A stretch of 64,000 nucleotides of DNA from Desulfococcaceae bacterium (GCA_030145385.1 JAQYVU010000007.1:17930-81929), one strand, 5' to 3'. Numbered from the stretch's first letter, positions 29,470 through 39,663 are shown. Notes: generated by a model from the letters alone, not told the origin. Program-made: numbers and translations.

Positions 29470-30453
29470 ATGAATATTTTTCTCTCATCGTTTGAATTCA
29501 CCGCCTTACTGGTTTTTAAAATGGGATCGGTGATGTTTATCAGCTTATTTGGCGTTGAAGTCCTGATGCAGCTGGGGCTCATGAAGCATCTCCGACCCGT
29601 AGGCAAACCGGTCGCAAAGCTTGCCAACCTTCCTTCCGAAAGTGCGATAACTTTCCTGGCAGGCATCGGTTCCATGATTGCCGCTCACACGATGGCAGCG
29701 CAGTTTCACGAGGACGGGAAACTCACCGACCGGGAACTGATCGTAACCGGCGTACTCAACACCGTACCGTTTCATTTTAAGGAAACACTGACATTCCAGC
29801 TGCCCATTGTTCTGCCTCTGCTGGGTGTTGAACTATGCCTGATCTATATCGCGGCTTTCTGGATGGCCGGGCTCATCAAGCTCACCTTTGTGATCGGATA
29901 CGGACGGTTAGAAATCCAAAGGCGTCATGGTCTTGACGATGCGTTTGATTTGATGGAATGCGATCCCGCTGATCCGGACTGTATTCAGCGGTCATTCTTA
30001 CAAATTCTGGCAGATGCCTGGAATACACGCAAAAAGATGTTTTCCCGCATGATTACGCTGCTGGCGGCAGTCACCATGATTGTTCAGCTCTTGATGCATT
30101 CCGGCATGATGCAGGCATTTGAAAGACTGATTCTGCCCATGACAACCCTTTTCAACCTTCCGCCAGCCGTAGTTGCTCCGGTCAGCGCCTATATTTTAAG
30201 TCCGACTGTCGGAATTACTTACATGTCCAGTCTTTTGGGAGAACATCTGGTCACGCCATTTCAGGCCATTGTCGCTCTCCTGGCCGCTGGCGTTCTCATG
30301 ATTCCCGTAACGCGACTCAGACGGACCCTCCCCCGCTACATGGCGATTTTCGGGCTAAAGAACGGTTCCTTCATCTGCGGCCTGACAACAGCCCTCAGCA
30401 TGTCTTCCCGAATCGTTATTTTGGCCTGGGTGCTGTTTTTCTTTAGGGCATAA
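29470..30453 (+). CDS. Integral membrane protein, nucleoside-recognition (Gate) domain-like
   Basis: 327 aa polytopic protein with weak resemblance to Gate/SpmA-type domains. It starts 17 nt after the TetR gene. Confidence 0.4.
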   Translation: MNIFLSSFEFTALLVFKMGSVMFISLFGVEVLMQLGLMKHLRPVGKPVAKLANLPSESAITFLAGIGSMIAAHTMAAQFHEDGKLTDRELIVTGVLNTVPFHFKETLTFQLPIVLPLLGVELCLIYIAAFWMAGLIKLTFVIGYGRLEIQRRHGLDDAFDLMECDPADPDCIQRSFLQILADAWNTRKKMFSRMITLLAAVTMIVQLLMHSGMMQAFERLILPMTTLFNLPPAVVAPVSAYILSPTVGITYMSSLLGEHLVTPFQAIVALLAAGVLMIPVTRLRRTLPRYMAIFGLKNGSFICGLTTALSMSSRIVILAWVLFFFRA

Positions 30454-30476
30454 AAAATCAAATTGGAAATCAAGGC

Positions 30477-31289
30477 ATGATAAAAATAAATTCCCGGCAT
30501 GTTGAAGATATCAAAAAATGGTTTTCCCTCTATGTAAAAAATTTTAAACAAAGTGATAATGAACTCACAGAAAACGCCATTCTTAAAGAAAATCATACGA
30601 TACGGGTTTGCAGCGAAATTTTACGTATCGGCAGCGCACTTGATTTAAACACGGATGAATTGCATTTGGCCGAAATAACCGCTCTTTTGCATGACGTCGG
30701 ACGTTTTGAACAATATGCCCGTTATAAAACCTTTGTCGATGGAAAATCAGAAAACCATGCCCTGCTGGGAGTTAAAACAATAGAAAAATACAAGGTTTTA
30801 AAGGGGTTGAATGAACCAACAAAAGATCTCATTCTCAGAATCGTCAAATACCATAACCGCGCCACACTGCCAGAAAAAGAAAATAAAACCTGCCTGTTTT
30901 TTTCAAAACTGCTGCGCGATGCGGATAAACTGGATATATGGAGAGTGGTAACCGATTACTATGTTCAGAAAAACAGTCGAAGAAATAACGCGCTTGAACT
31001 GGATCTTCCGGATACCCGGGGATTTTCCGATCAAATTTATAAGGAGTTAATGAATCAACAAATCGTCGACATCAGGCACATAAAAAACCTGAATGATTTT
31101 AAACTGCTTCAGGTCGGCTGGATTTTTGATATTAATTTTCCTGCAACCCTGAATGCTGTCCAATCACGGCATTATCTGGAGATGATTCAAGCGGTTCTGC
31201 CGGAATCTGAAAAAATTCAAAATATTTTCAATATGATCCAATCATATCTGCATGAAAAGATGAATCCAAATAATGCAGAAATGGAATGA
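30477..31289 (+). CDS. HD-domain phosphohydrolase
   Basis: 270 aa with ..ALLHDVGRFEQ.. and ..LRDADKLDIW.. motifs. Confidence 0.7.
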   Translation: MIKINSRHVEDIKKWFSLYVKNFKQSDNELTENAILKENHTIRVCSEILRIGSALDLNTDELHLAEITALLHDVGRFEQYARYKTFVDGKSENHALLGVKTIEKYKVLKGLNEPTKDLILRIVKYHNRATLPEKENKTCLFFSKLLRDADKLDIWRVVTDYYVQKNSRRNNALELDLPDTRGFSDQIYKELMNQQIVDIRHIKNLNDFKLLQVGWIFDINFPATLNAVQSRHYLEMIQAVLPESEKIQNIFNMIQSYLHEKMNPNNAEME

Positions 31290-31359
31290 ACCTGACAGAC
31301 ACCTGAAAACAATCGGTATCTGCCAGATTAATATTACCCTGTTCATTTAACTTCGGTTA

Positions 31360-31455
31360 CTAACCGCTCGAATTTGAATAAGATTTACGCAGCTCTTTTT
31401 TATTGATTTTTCCCACACTGGTTTTTGCAATCGCATCAACCAGCTCAATACATAC
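31360..31455 (-). pseudogene. Relic of the C-terminal ~30 codons of an AMP-dependent (acyl-CoA) synthetase
   Basis: The minus-frame translation ..VCIELVDAIAKTSVGKINKKELRKSYSNSSG* matches the conserved ..v.fvd.lPkTasGKi.rreLr tail. The frame is closed by a stop ~25 codons further upstream, and there is no body of the gene. Confidence 0.4.
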
Positions 31456-32003
31456 ATTTGGAAAGATTAAACTCAAATCAAAACCTGATCGAACCCGCAC
31501 ATAGATCGAACACGATTTCCAACAGGCGAAAGGTTTGACATGTTTTTACGTGCCTGATATTGGTTTTGCCTATTATAAATTTTAACAATTGGACCAACGA
31601 AATAATTAACGAACACATATCATGCGAAAAAAAGAAAACCCTCTGGATGCCGGCTTTGCTTACCGGGGACCGGGCCCGCCATTTCATGCGCGAAAATCTG
31701 CTCGAAGTGAAAACTGCGGCACTGGCATCAAACAATAAATATTCGGGATAATAGTGATCCGGATTCGGAAGGCCCGGTTTTGGTTTGCCCCCGAAAGGAC
31801 AAATCTTTCGATAATTGATGGAGCAGAGAATTCAGATTCCAAAAATCAGGAGTCAGAAAAAATTGGATATCGCTTTGCTCCGATATATTTTATATTTTTT
31901 GCCTGAGCCGAAGGCGAATACCTTTTTCGAAATTCTGCATTCTGACTCCTGGATTCTTTGCCAGTAATTCCCATAAAAAAAGATAAGGTTCAAAGAGGAA
32001 AAA

Positions 32004-32801
32004 ATGATTTCAATTTTAGCAATGTATTCCGCGGTCGGTGCAGTGGCCGGCATCCTGGCAGGCCTGCTGGGTATCGGCGGCGGACTGGTCATCGTCCCGA
32101 TGCTGGTCTTTTGTCTGACCCGCCAGGGAATTCCCGATCATGCCATTATGCACCTGGCTTTGGGCACGTCCATGGCCAGTATTATGTTTACGGCGGTGTC
32201 AAGTTTCTACTCTCACCACAGGCGCGGGGCCGTCAAATGGATTGTTGTGCGTCGCATTGTTTTAGGTATTTTTACGGGCACGTTTCTCGGAACCTGTGTG
32301 GCGGCAGAACTTTCCACACCGATTCTGAAAGGATTTTTTGTGATTTTTCTGTATTACGTGGCCACCCAGATGCTGACCGGCAAAAAACCAAAGCCCGGAC
32401 GCCAGCTTCCCGAACGGACCGGCATGTTCGGCGTGGGCAATGTGATCGGGCTGGTGTCCAGCCTGGTGGGCATCGGCGGCGGCACCCTCTCCGTCCCGTT
32501 TATGGTGTGGTGCAATGTCCCCCTGCATCAGGCCATCGGAACCTCAGCGGCCATCGGTTTTCCCATCGCGGTTGCCGGGACTGTCGGATATATTTACAAC
32601 GGCCTGTCCGCCGCAAACCTGCCCGCAAACTCAATTGGCTATGTTTACCTGCCGGCGCTGGCCGGGCTGATTATCACCAGTGTCCTGACCGCGCCAATAG
32701 GGGTTCGACTGGCCCACAGCCTGCCGGTGGATAAACTCAAGCGGTTTTTCTCAGTTTTGCTGCTGGTGGTGGCCACGAGGATGCTTGTCAGTATTTTTTA
32801 A
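32004..32801 (+). CDS. TSUP (TauE/SafE) family anion exporter
   Basis: 265 aa with duplicated GIGGG motifs (LLGIGGGLVIVPML, LVGIGGGTLSVPFM). It is preferred over the overlapping R/P/G-rich ORF 31958..32734. Confidence 0.8.
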   Translation: MISILAMYSAVGAVAGILAGLLGIGGGLVIVPMLVFCLTRQGIPDHAIMHLALGTSMASIMFTAVSSFYSHHRRGAVKWIVVRRIVLGIFTGTFLGTCVAAELSTPILKGFFVIFLYYVATQMLTGKKPKPGRQLPERTGMFGVGNVIGLVSSLVGIGGGTLSVPFMVWCNVPLHQAIGTSAAIGFPIAVAGTVGYIYNGLSAANLPANSIGYVYLPALAGLIITSVLTAPIGVRLAHSLPVDKLKRFFSVLLLVVATRMLVSIF

Positions 32802-32905
32802 AAAAAAATGACATCTCTTTTAAAAATAAGGACCTGAAAATCAAAAGGCACATTGCAGGTATTTGGCCGCAAGCGCAATAGTTCCCAACAGCCTTTTAAA
32901 ACAGG

Positions 32906-33907
32906 CTATCGAGAACGAAACGGAAAGAGCAGCCCATACCTGAGGTTCTCATAAAATGTCCTTATGCCCGACTGTCCCCAAAGACGGTCTGAAAAGTTCT
33001 TATGAACCACATAGATGGCATCGTCAAAGTCCCAGAAAACGATGGTTTTGTCGTGCGGCTTAAGCGTGAGCAGACTATCTATGTTGCGAAGATTTGCAAC
33101 ATGGAGCATCAGATAATCCGCCTGGGTGTCGGCGATCTCCCGGTACAGCCTTTCCGTGAGAGAATCGAAATGCAGATAAGTTGAAGCAGTCAGCCAGAAT
33201 ATCTGACCTGTCCGGATTTCCGGATAAGTCCGGCCGATGTATCGGATCACGTCGTCGGAAATGGAGCTGATCATAACGTCATCCTCACGATTGAGGGCCT
33301 TGACATCGGCAATAATATGATCAGCAAGCCGCTCATCTTCGTCAGGATCACCCTGCGACTTGATCTCGATATTTATTTTCTTATCTTTGACCACATCCAT
33401 AACCGCCTCATATGAAGCAATCTCGCCTTCGGTCACATCTGATAAAGTCGCAAAGGATGTCTTGCCGATGGCTCGCAAGCTGCCAAATATTCTCAATAAC
33501 CGTTTGTCATGAAACACAACAATCTTCCCATCCCCTGAATATTGGACATCGAACTCGACAAAAGCGTATTCCGGATTATTGTTTGCCGCCTTGAGTGCGG
33601 CAAGCGTATTCTCTGTGTAGTGTCTTGAGTCTCCTCGATGGGCTCCGGCTGTGCATCGATATCCGGTGTACTGATCATTTTCACTGCTGATTTCACTTTT
33701 AAGGATTTCGCCCAGACATCTCGTAGATGGCGACAGTGAACAGGCACTGAGCACAATACAAGATAAAAGCAATAAAGTCAGATAAATACAACTTGCCAGA
33801 GCCCTAAAAATGCAAAGTTCATTATTTTTATTAAATTGGACTCCGGATTCAGAGCCAAAACTGTCTGAATGCCGAGTTGATAATATGTTGTCCGGGTCTT
33901 TTTTCAT
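32906..33907 (-). CDS. Glycerophosphodiester phosphodiesterase (GDPD) family protein, membrane-anchored
   Basis: 333 aa with an N-terminal TM helix, AHRGDSRHYTENTLAAL and VEFDVQYSGDGKIVVFHD. Confidence 0.75.
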   Translation of the reverse strand: MKKDPDNILSTRHSDSFGSESGVQFNKNNELCIFRALASCIYLTLLLLSCIVLSACSLSPSTRCLGEILKSEISSENDQYTGYRCTAGAHRGDSRHYTENTLAALKAANNNPEYAFVEFDVQYSGDGKIVVFHDKRLLRIFGSLRAIGKTSFATLSDVTEGEIASYEAVMDVVKDKKINIEIKSQGDPDEDERLADHIIADVKALNREDDVMISSISDDVIRYIGRTYPEIRTGQIFWLTASTYLHFDSLTERLYREIADTQADYLMLHVANLRNIDSLLTLKPHDKTIVFWDFDDAIYVVHKNFSDRLWGQSGIRTFYENLRYGLLFPFRSR

Positions 33908-34403
33908 GCTAAGAATGATATCTCTGCTCCATAATCATTTACATACGGGACCGATGTTTTTTTGCCATAAAAGGTTACTGTCTTATACTGTATAATTAAA
34001 GCATTGTGCAAATTTAAAAGGATATGGAATACTGTGTTTCGTGGCAGGAAAGTTGGATTTTTTTCACCCCTATCCCCCAAACATTGTCTTTAATCTCAGA
34101 TCCTATTTCATGATACTATTCTCTTATCAAAGGCTGGTGCTTCTGAAAAATTTCGCATTACTGTCGGTCTCAAAAACTATGGCGCACTTTTATTTAGTGA
34201 GAGATAGAAAGAATATTGATTTTAGTATACCGAGATTTGGATATGATTCTCCAAATAAAAATTATATCGCAGAGGCGTCCCAAAAGAATAAGGTTTGGAT
34301 ATCGGAAACAGAATAGACGGGACCTTTTTGGGAAAAAGGATTCACCATCGTAATTAAAGGAATTTTAAGACATTACAAAAATGAACCAGTGGGAACGAAT
34401 CCG

Positions 34404-34910
34404 TTAATCTTGCCCATTAAAATTGCTCACCGGTCCTGTTGCCAATATTGGCGCTGCATCTATTGCTTTAGCGCCCATCATCACAACCATTCGTTGAAGT
34501 GAACTTAAAACCATATGCTGCTCCCAATTGTGCAATTTTTCAAATTGATTTAAAAATGTTTCCTGAAGAGGGGGAGGTGCCTCATCAAGTAAATTTTTAC
34601 AAGTTTCGGTAGCTCTGATAAGAACACGTCGTTTATCCTTTTCGCTACGTCTTCTGGTAATAAACCCTCTTTTTTCAAGACGATTCAAAACGCCTGTTAC
34701 CGTTGCCTGTCCCAGGCTTATTGTTTTAGCCAATTCTCCGACTGAAATTTCTTTGTGCTCCGATAGTTCTTGCAAGATAACAAGTTGAGGGCCGGTAATA
34801 CCATATTTTTTATTGAGGGACTTGGAATGCAGGTCAACGGCCTGCATAATTCTTCGAAGTGAAATCAATACCTCATTTGATAGCGGCTGTCCCCTGGTTT
34901 TGTTGTTCAT
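34404..34910 (-). CDS. MarR-family transcriptional regulator
   Basis: 168 aa with a winged helix ..ISVGELAKTISLGQATVTGVLNRLEKRGFITRRRSEKDKRRVLI... Confidence 0.85.
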   Translation of the reverse strand: MNNKTRGQPLSNEVLISLRRIMQAVDLHSKSLNKKYGITGPQLVILQELSEHKEISVGELAKTISLGQATVTGVLNRLEKRGFITRRRSEKDKRRVLIRATETCKNLLDEAPPPLQETFLNQFEKLHNWEQHMVLSSLQRMVVMMGAKAIDAAPILATGPVSNFNGQD

Positions 34911-34951
34911 TTATTTGTATCCTTAATACATTTCATTAAAAAAAGATCATA

Positions 34952-35809
34952 TCAGTAAATCTTTCGCCGCCCCACATTGGAACCGATTACAGAAAATGTA
35001 TTTTCAGCAATAAAAAGGGCTGCCGGATCAATTGTAAACACAATTTCTTCCAGTCTTTTCAGCTGAATATTATTAATGACTGTTAAAACAATCTGTTTCG
35101 GCGCTCCGGAATAGCCGCCAACGCCGCTTAACAGCGTTGACCCCATTTTAAACTGCTGATTGATCATGTCCGATATCTCTTTGGGTTTGTCCGAAATAAC
35201 CAGCACTACTTTTCTCTGGTCGAACATGGACAGCGCATACTCCATTGCAAAAGAAGTGCAGAAAAGCATGATCACGGAGGCAATCACAAGATCATTATTA
35301 AAAAACAAAAAACTGAATGCATACAAGACCGCGTTAAATAAAAAATAAAATTTGCCAAGGCCGATATTGAATTTCTGGTATAACAGGACCCCCATAACAT
35401 CCAGCCCGCCGTTTGAACCCAGCGATCGCAACACGATGCCAGCCCCCAGCCCTGAAAGTGCTCCGCAGGTGACTGCTGCGTACAGCTGGTTGTGAATCTG
35501 AAAATCCACATCAAGTACCGTATAAATAGCGATAAAAAATAGCATCGCGTAAAGCGAGTAAAACAGAAACCGTTTGCCGATAAACTTCCAGGCAATGATG
35601 AACAACGGAATATTGAATAAAAGGAACCACATACTGATGCGGCTCAGTCCGCTGGCAAAATAAACCAGGGATGCCATCCCGAAAATTCCGCCGGGAATAA
35701 AGGCTTGTTGAAACGCAATTCCCTTTAACGCCAAGGCGATAATAACCGAGCCGGCAGTAATCAGAAAGATGTTCCAGGGAATCGAATAGGTGATTCGGGG
35801 GTCTATCAT
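34952..35809 (-). CDS. YitT-family membrane protein (DUF161 x2 + DUF2179)
   Basis: 285 aa. Five or six TM helices, then a soluble C-terminal domain ..VVLVISDKPKEISDMINQQFKMGSTLLSGVGGYSG... Confidence 0.7.
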   Translation of the reverse strand: MIDPRITYSIPWNIFLITAGSVIIALALKGIAFQQAFIPGGIFGMASLVYFASGLSRISMWFLLFNIPLFIIAWKFIGKRFLFYSLYAMLFFIAIYTVLDVDFQIHNQLYAAVTCGALSGLGAGIVLRSLGSNGGLDVMGVLLYQKFNIGLGKFYFLFNAVLYAFSFLFFNNDLVIASVIMLFCTSFAMEYALSMFDQRKVVLVISDKPKEISDMINQQFKMGSTLLSGVGGYSGAPKQIVLTVINNIQLKRLEEIVFTIDPAALFIAENTFSVIGSNVGRRKIY

Positions 35810-35850
35810 TTATGATGCTTCTTTGGTTTGATTTTTAAAAATCAGTCTTT

Positions 35851-36010
35851 AGGGACGTGGAAATAAATAATTGTCCCAGATGGCGAAGGATTTTGGTTCG
35901 TATTCAAGGCGCGATGAAGCGAGCATATCGGGATATTTGAGCTTTGTCGCAACAAAGAATACGGACCAAAAGACATGTAAGATGGGATAATTATTTTTTT
36001 CCACGTCCCT
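35851..36010. repeat. Long-hairpin intergenic repeat, subfamily B, copy 1 (160 bp, 28-bp terminal inverted arms)
   Basis: agggacgtggaaataaataattgtccca (35851-78) matches the reverse complement of tgggataattatttttttccacgtccct (35983-36010) at 26 of 28 positions. Inner stem: ttttggttcgtattc / gaatacggaccaaaag. The core aaggcgcgatgaagc...tcgcaacaaagaa is shared with the copy at 50406-50566. Confidence 0.8.
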
Positions 36011-37418
36011 TATGGTTCTCAACTAGTTTTTCGTGAAGAACACAGATGGCTTTTTCAAAGTCATCTTCTTCAATGACTAATTGAATGTCAATATCACGCA
36101 TGCATTTATGCACAGCCAGCACTTTGATATTTACCGCATCCAGCGCGTTGACGGCTTTGGGCAACGCCCCGGAATCGGTCATGTTGCTGCCGATAGCGGA
36201 AATCAGCGCCACTTTTTTCAGCATGATATCCGCAGCCGGGAACGACTCCCGGATTGAATCTGCGAGCTTTTTGATTGTGGTCAGGGGTTCGGCCACATAA
36301 TGGGTCAGGGTATTGGCATTGGTGTCCTTCGCCAGGTACCTGATTTTAAATTTTGCAAAATGTTTCAGCATCTCCAGATCATGATTAAACCGGCCGACCA
36401 TATCCTGGTCCCAGCATTCAATGGCCGTCACTTTTTTTCTGCCGGCAATAATTTCAACTTTGGGAGTTTCATTTTTATAATCGGTCTGGATGAGAGTGCC
36501 GGGGTGTTGAGGTTCAAATGCATTTTTAATGCGCAAAGGGATACCGCTTTTCCGCATGCCCTTGGCGGCCTGGGGATGAATCGCTTCCATACCCAGATCA
36601 GAAAGCTGATCGGCCACATCGTAGTTGGTTTGGCCGATGGTTTCCACCTTATCGGCGCCGATCAGCTTCGGATCACCACTGCTGAGATGAAATTCTTTGT
36701 GAATAACCCCCTCCATGGCTTCCGTGAGCACCGCAATCTTGCTGAACGTGATTTCGCTGTAACCCCGATCATAGGTATCCATAATCCCTTCATTACAATG
36801 GGTATAACCGGTGACAATCGGCAGCTCACTGCTGAGATTGATATCTTGAAAATGATTTTGGATTTTATCGTCAAACGAAACACATTCCGTCTCCATCCAG
36901 CCGCTCAAATCTACAAAACGGGCATTGACACCGAGCTTTGCCAGAATCTGAAAAGTGTTATGGGCACTGTGGGCTTCTCCTACGGCGCTGAGCATTTCCC
37001 GGACAGTCATCAAATGCTCGTCCAACTGAAAATGGCCGTATGAACAAAGGCGGGTCAAGTCCAGCAGACAGCTTCGCACCCCCTCGATCCGCTCTTTTAC
37101 AAACCGATCCGCAATGGACAGATCCAGCCCCAGCGGTTCAAGCTTCGCATTGATCCGGCACATCGCATCCCCCACCCGGGTAATGGCATCTCCCCATGTC
37201 CAGGATGAATCACTGTCTGAGAACAGGGCATAAACGCCTGCTTTGCTTGATTTTTTATGCTCCAGCAACATATCCGTCACGCCCCCGTAGGCGGATACAA
37301 CAATAATGCGGTTGTAAAGTTCTTCTTTTTTTCGGTTTCCGATTAAAATATTATCCAGCACATCTTTGAATTGAATCATGGATGTGCCGCCGATTTTTTC
37401 TACAGTATGGTTTCCCAT
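35991..37418 (-). CDS. ask: Aspartate kinase, ectoine-cluster type (Ask_Ect)
   Basis: 475 aa. N-terminal VEKIGGTSM kinase motif and an ACT-like C-terminus. It lies immediately downstream of ectC in the same operon. Confidence 0.85.
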   Translation of the reverse strand: MGNHTVEKIGGTSMIQFKDVLDNILIGNRKKEELYNRIIVVSAYGGVTDMLLEHKKSSKAGVYALFSDSDSSWTWGDAITRVGDAMCRINAKLEPLGLDLSIADRFVKERIEGVRSCLLDLTRLCSYGHFQLDEHLMTVREMLSAVGEAHSAHNTFQILAKLGVNARFVDLSGWMETECVSFDDKIQNHFQDINLSSELPIVTGYTHCNEGIMDTYDRGYSEITFSKIAVLTEAMEGVIHKEFHLSSGDPKLIGADKVETIGQTNYDVADQLSDLGMEAIHPQAAKGMRKSGIPLRIKNAFEPQHPGTLIQTDYKNETPKVEIIAGRKKVTAIECWDQDMVGRFNHDLEMLKHFAKFKIRYLAKDTNANTLTHYVAEPLTTIKKLADSIRESFPAADIMLKKVALISAIGSNMTDSGALPKAVNALDAVNIKVLAVHKCMRDIDIQLVIEEDDFEKAICVLHEKLVENHKGRGKK

Positions 37419-37429
37419 TTTTTCCTCTC

Positions 37430-37813
37430 TTAAAGGGGATAAACCCCATCTTCATCATGGACTTCTTTGCCGGTCAGGGGCGGGTTAAACACACAGATCA
37501 TCCGCATGTCCGAGAAAGCCCGCAGGTAATGCTTCTCATGTCCGTTTAACGCATACATGGTGCCGTCCTTGATTTTAAAGATTTCCCCGGTTTCAATGAC
37601 TTCCAGTTCGCCTTCACCTGCCACACAATAAACCGCCTCCAGATGGTTTTTATACCAAATGAGCGTTGTGGTTCCGGCAAATATCGTGGTGTCATGGAAA
37701 GAAAACCCCATACCGTCTTTTCTCAAAAGCATTCTCCGACTCGCCCATGTCCCGGTTTCCGCGGATATATCATTTTCAGATCCGATAATGTCTTCCAGCA
37801 TTCTTACGATCAT
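37430..37813 (-). CDS. ectC: L-ectoine synthase
   Basis: 127 aa. MIVRMLEDI..W.SRRMLLRKDGMGFSFHDT...YKNHLEAVYCVAGEGE...VFNPPLTGKEVHDEDG is the EctC cupin signature. The start overlaps the ectB stop (TAATG). Confidence 0.92.
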   Translation of the reverse strand: MIVRMLEDIIGSENDISAETGTWASRRMLLRKDGMGFSFHDTTIFAGTTTLIWYKNHLEAVYCVAGEGELEVIETGEIFKIKDGTMYALNGHEKHYLRAFSDMRMICVFNPPLTGKEVHDEDGVYPL

Positions 37814-39087
37814 TACATTTCTCCTGTCAGTCTTTCCTTTTTTTCTTCAAGGAGTTCGCTGATGGATTGTTCAACAATTGAAATGCCCTTTAAAAGGGTT
37901 TCTTCATCAATGATCAGCGGCGGCAGAAACTTGACGACCTGATCATCCGCTCCGGCCAGTTCGATGATCAATCCATTTTCAAAACATCTTTCCGAAATCT
38001 GTGAACTAAATCCCATTTCCGCAATTTCAAGGCCGAAAATCATGCCGCGGCCACGAACCGTTGCATTGAGTTCCGGAAATTTTTCAGCAATCGCTTCAAT
38101 TTCTTTTCTCATTATTTCGGATTTGTACTTCACCGCATTGCTCAAATCCATGTCATCCCAGTAGTGAAGCGCTTCATAGGAAGCCACAAACGCCAGGTTA
38201 TTGCCCCGGAAGGTTCCGGTATGCTCACCCGGCTTCCACTGGTCCAGGTCTGACCGGAAAAGAAGCAATGCCAGGGGCAGGCCCGCGCCGATGGCCTTAG
38301 AAAGAGTTACCATGTCAGGCTTGATGCCGGATTCTTCGAAACTGAAAAAATCACCGGTACGTCCGTTGCCCACCTGGATATCATCAATAATGAGCAAAAT
38401 ATCAAATTCGTTGCACACCTGCGCCACTTCACGGAGCCATTCGGGACTGGCAATATTGACCCCGCCTTCCGCCTGAATGGTTTCTACAATTACGGCAGCC
38501 GGCAGATCCAGTCCGCTGCTGTTATCGGACAGCAATTTTCGAAATAAATCCATGGTGCTGACATCCGGGCCCAGATAACTGTCATACGGCATAAAGCTGA
38601 CATTGGATCGACTGATATACGCTTCATCCCGGTAAAAGTTATTGCCGGTAATGGAAAGGGACCCCATTGTAAGCCCATGGAATGCATTGGTGAACGCAAC
38701 GATGTTTGACCGCCCCTTGATCATCCGAGCCAGCTTGATCGCTGTTTCCACCGAGTTGGTTCCTGTCGGGCCGGTAAACTGGACCTTGTAATCAAGATTC
38801 CGGGGCTGCAGGATAGTGTCATTGAATTTGGTTAAAAACTTCTTTTTAGCCGTTGTGGCCATATCCAGGGTGTGGTGGGGTCCTTTACTTTTAATATATT
38901 CCACCAGGGCACTGTTGATGCGTTCGTTGTTATGCCCGTAATTGAGCGTACCGGCCCCTGCAAAAAAATCGATATAATCCCTGCCGGATTCATCTGTCAT
39001 TATGGCGCCTTCTGATGATTCAAATATGACCGGAAAGGACCGGACATATCCCCTGACGCGTGATTCTATCTGTTCAAAAATTCTCAT
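37813..39087 (-). CDS. ectB: Diaminobutyrate--2-oxoglutarate transaminase
   Basis: 424 aa class-III aminotransferase (LLIIDDIQVGNGRTG, PLP-lysine motif VTLSKAIG) located between ectA and ectC. Confidence 0.9.
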   Translation of the reverse strand: MRIFEQIESRVRGYVRSFPVIFESSEGAIMTDESGRDYIDFFAGAGTLNYGHNNERINSALVEYIKSKGPHHTLDMATTAKKKFLTKFNDTILQPRNLDYKVQFTGPTGTNSVETAIKLARMIKGRSNIVAFTNAFHGLTMGSLSITGNNFYRDEAYISRSNVSFMPYDSYLGPDVSTMDLFRKLLSDNSSGLDLPAAVIVETIQAEGGVNIASPEWLREVAQVCNEFDILLIIDDIQVGNGRTGDFFSFEESGIKPDMVTLSKAIGAGLPLALLLFRSDLDQWKPGEHTGTFRGNNLAFVASYEALHYWDDMDLSNAVKYKSEIMRKEIEAIAEKFPELNATVRGRGMIFGLEIAEMGFSSQISERCFENGLIIELAGADDQVVKFLPPLIIDEETLLKGISIVEQSISELLEEKKERLTGEM

Positions 39088-39104
39088 GGATTCCTTCCTA
39101 ATTA

Positions 39105-39629
39105 TTATAAAGTTAAACTGAATTCCTGGCCGATATGAAAAAGAATTTCCGGTTCATGGACATTTTCTCCAAAATGGGCAGCTGAAAAAAATTCTTTTTC
39201 AAACTCAAAAGACGCCTTTAGCTCTCTGGCCACTGCAGTAAACAGTTTAATGGACGCCTGATTGGAAGGGGTAATGGTTGCTTCCAAATGTTTAATATTT
39301 AATATTTTCATATTTTTATACAGAGAAACCAGCATTTGAACGCCTAAGCCCTTTCCTCGGTGTTTTTCATCAACCGCCACCTGCCAGACAAAAATAGTAT
39401 CCGGCGAGTCCGGCGGGATATAAGCAGTGACAAATCCCACAACTTCTCCTTCGTGTTCAGCCACGATACATGTTTTCGCAAAATGACGGCACATGATAAG
39501 ATATTGATATGCTGAATTTAAATCCAGTGTTTTGGATGATTTTGCAATTTCCCAAAAATATTTTCCATCATTGGTTTTCGGATTTCGAAAGATTATACTG
39601 TTTGGCCGTTGACTGTTTTGCGTTTTCAA
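39105..39629 (-). CDS. ectA: L-2,4-diaminobutyrate acetyltransferase
   Basis: 174 aa GNAT (..WQVAVDEKHRGKGLGVQML..), first gene of the ectABC order. Confidence 0.85.
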   Translation of the reverse strand: MKTQNSQRPNSIIFRNPKTNDGKYFWEIAKSSKTLDLNSAYQYLIMCRHFAKTCIVAEHEGEVVGFVTAYIPPDSPDTIFVWQVAVDEKHRGKGLGVQMLVSLYKNMKILNIKHLEATITPSNQASIKLFTAVARELKASFEFEKEFFSAAHFGENVHEPEILFHIGQEFSLTL

Positions 39630-39663
39630 AACTTATCCTCTGTTTTCAATATTTATTATTATC

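Noticed and set aside
31958-32734. 258-aa + ORF overlapping the TSUP gene in another frame
   Set aside because: It has an Arg/Pro/Gly-rich nonsense composition. The 32004..32801 frame gives a canonical TSUP membrane protein.
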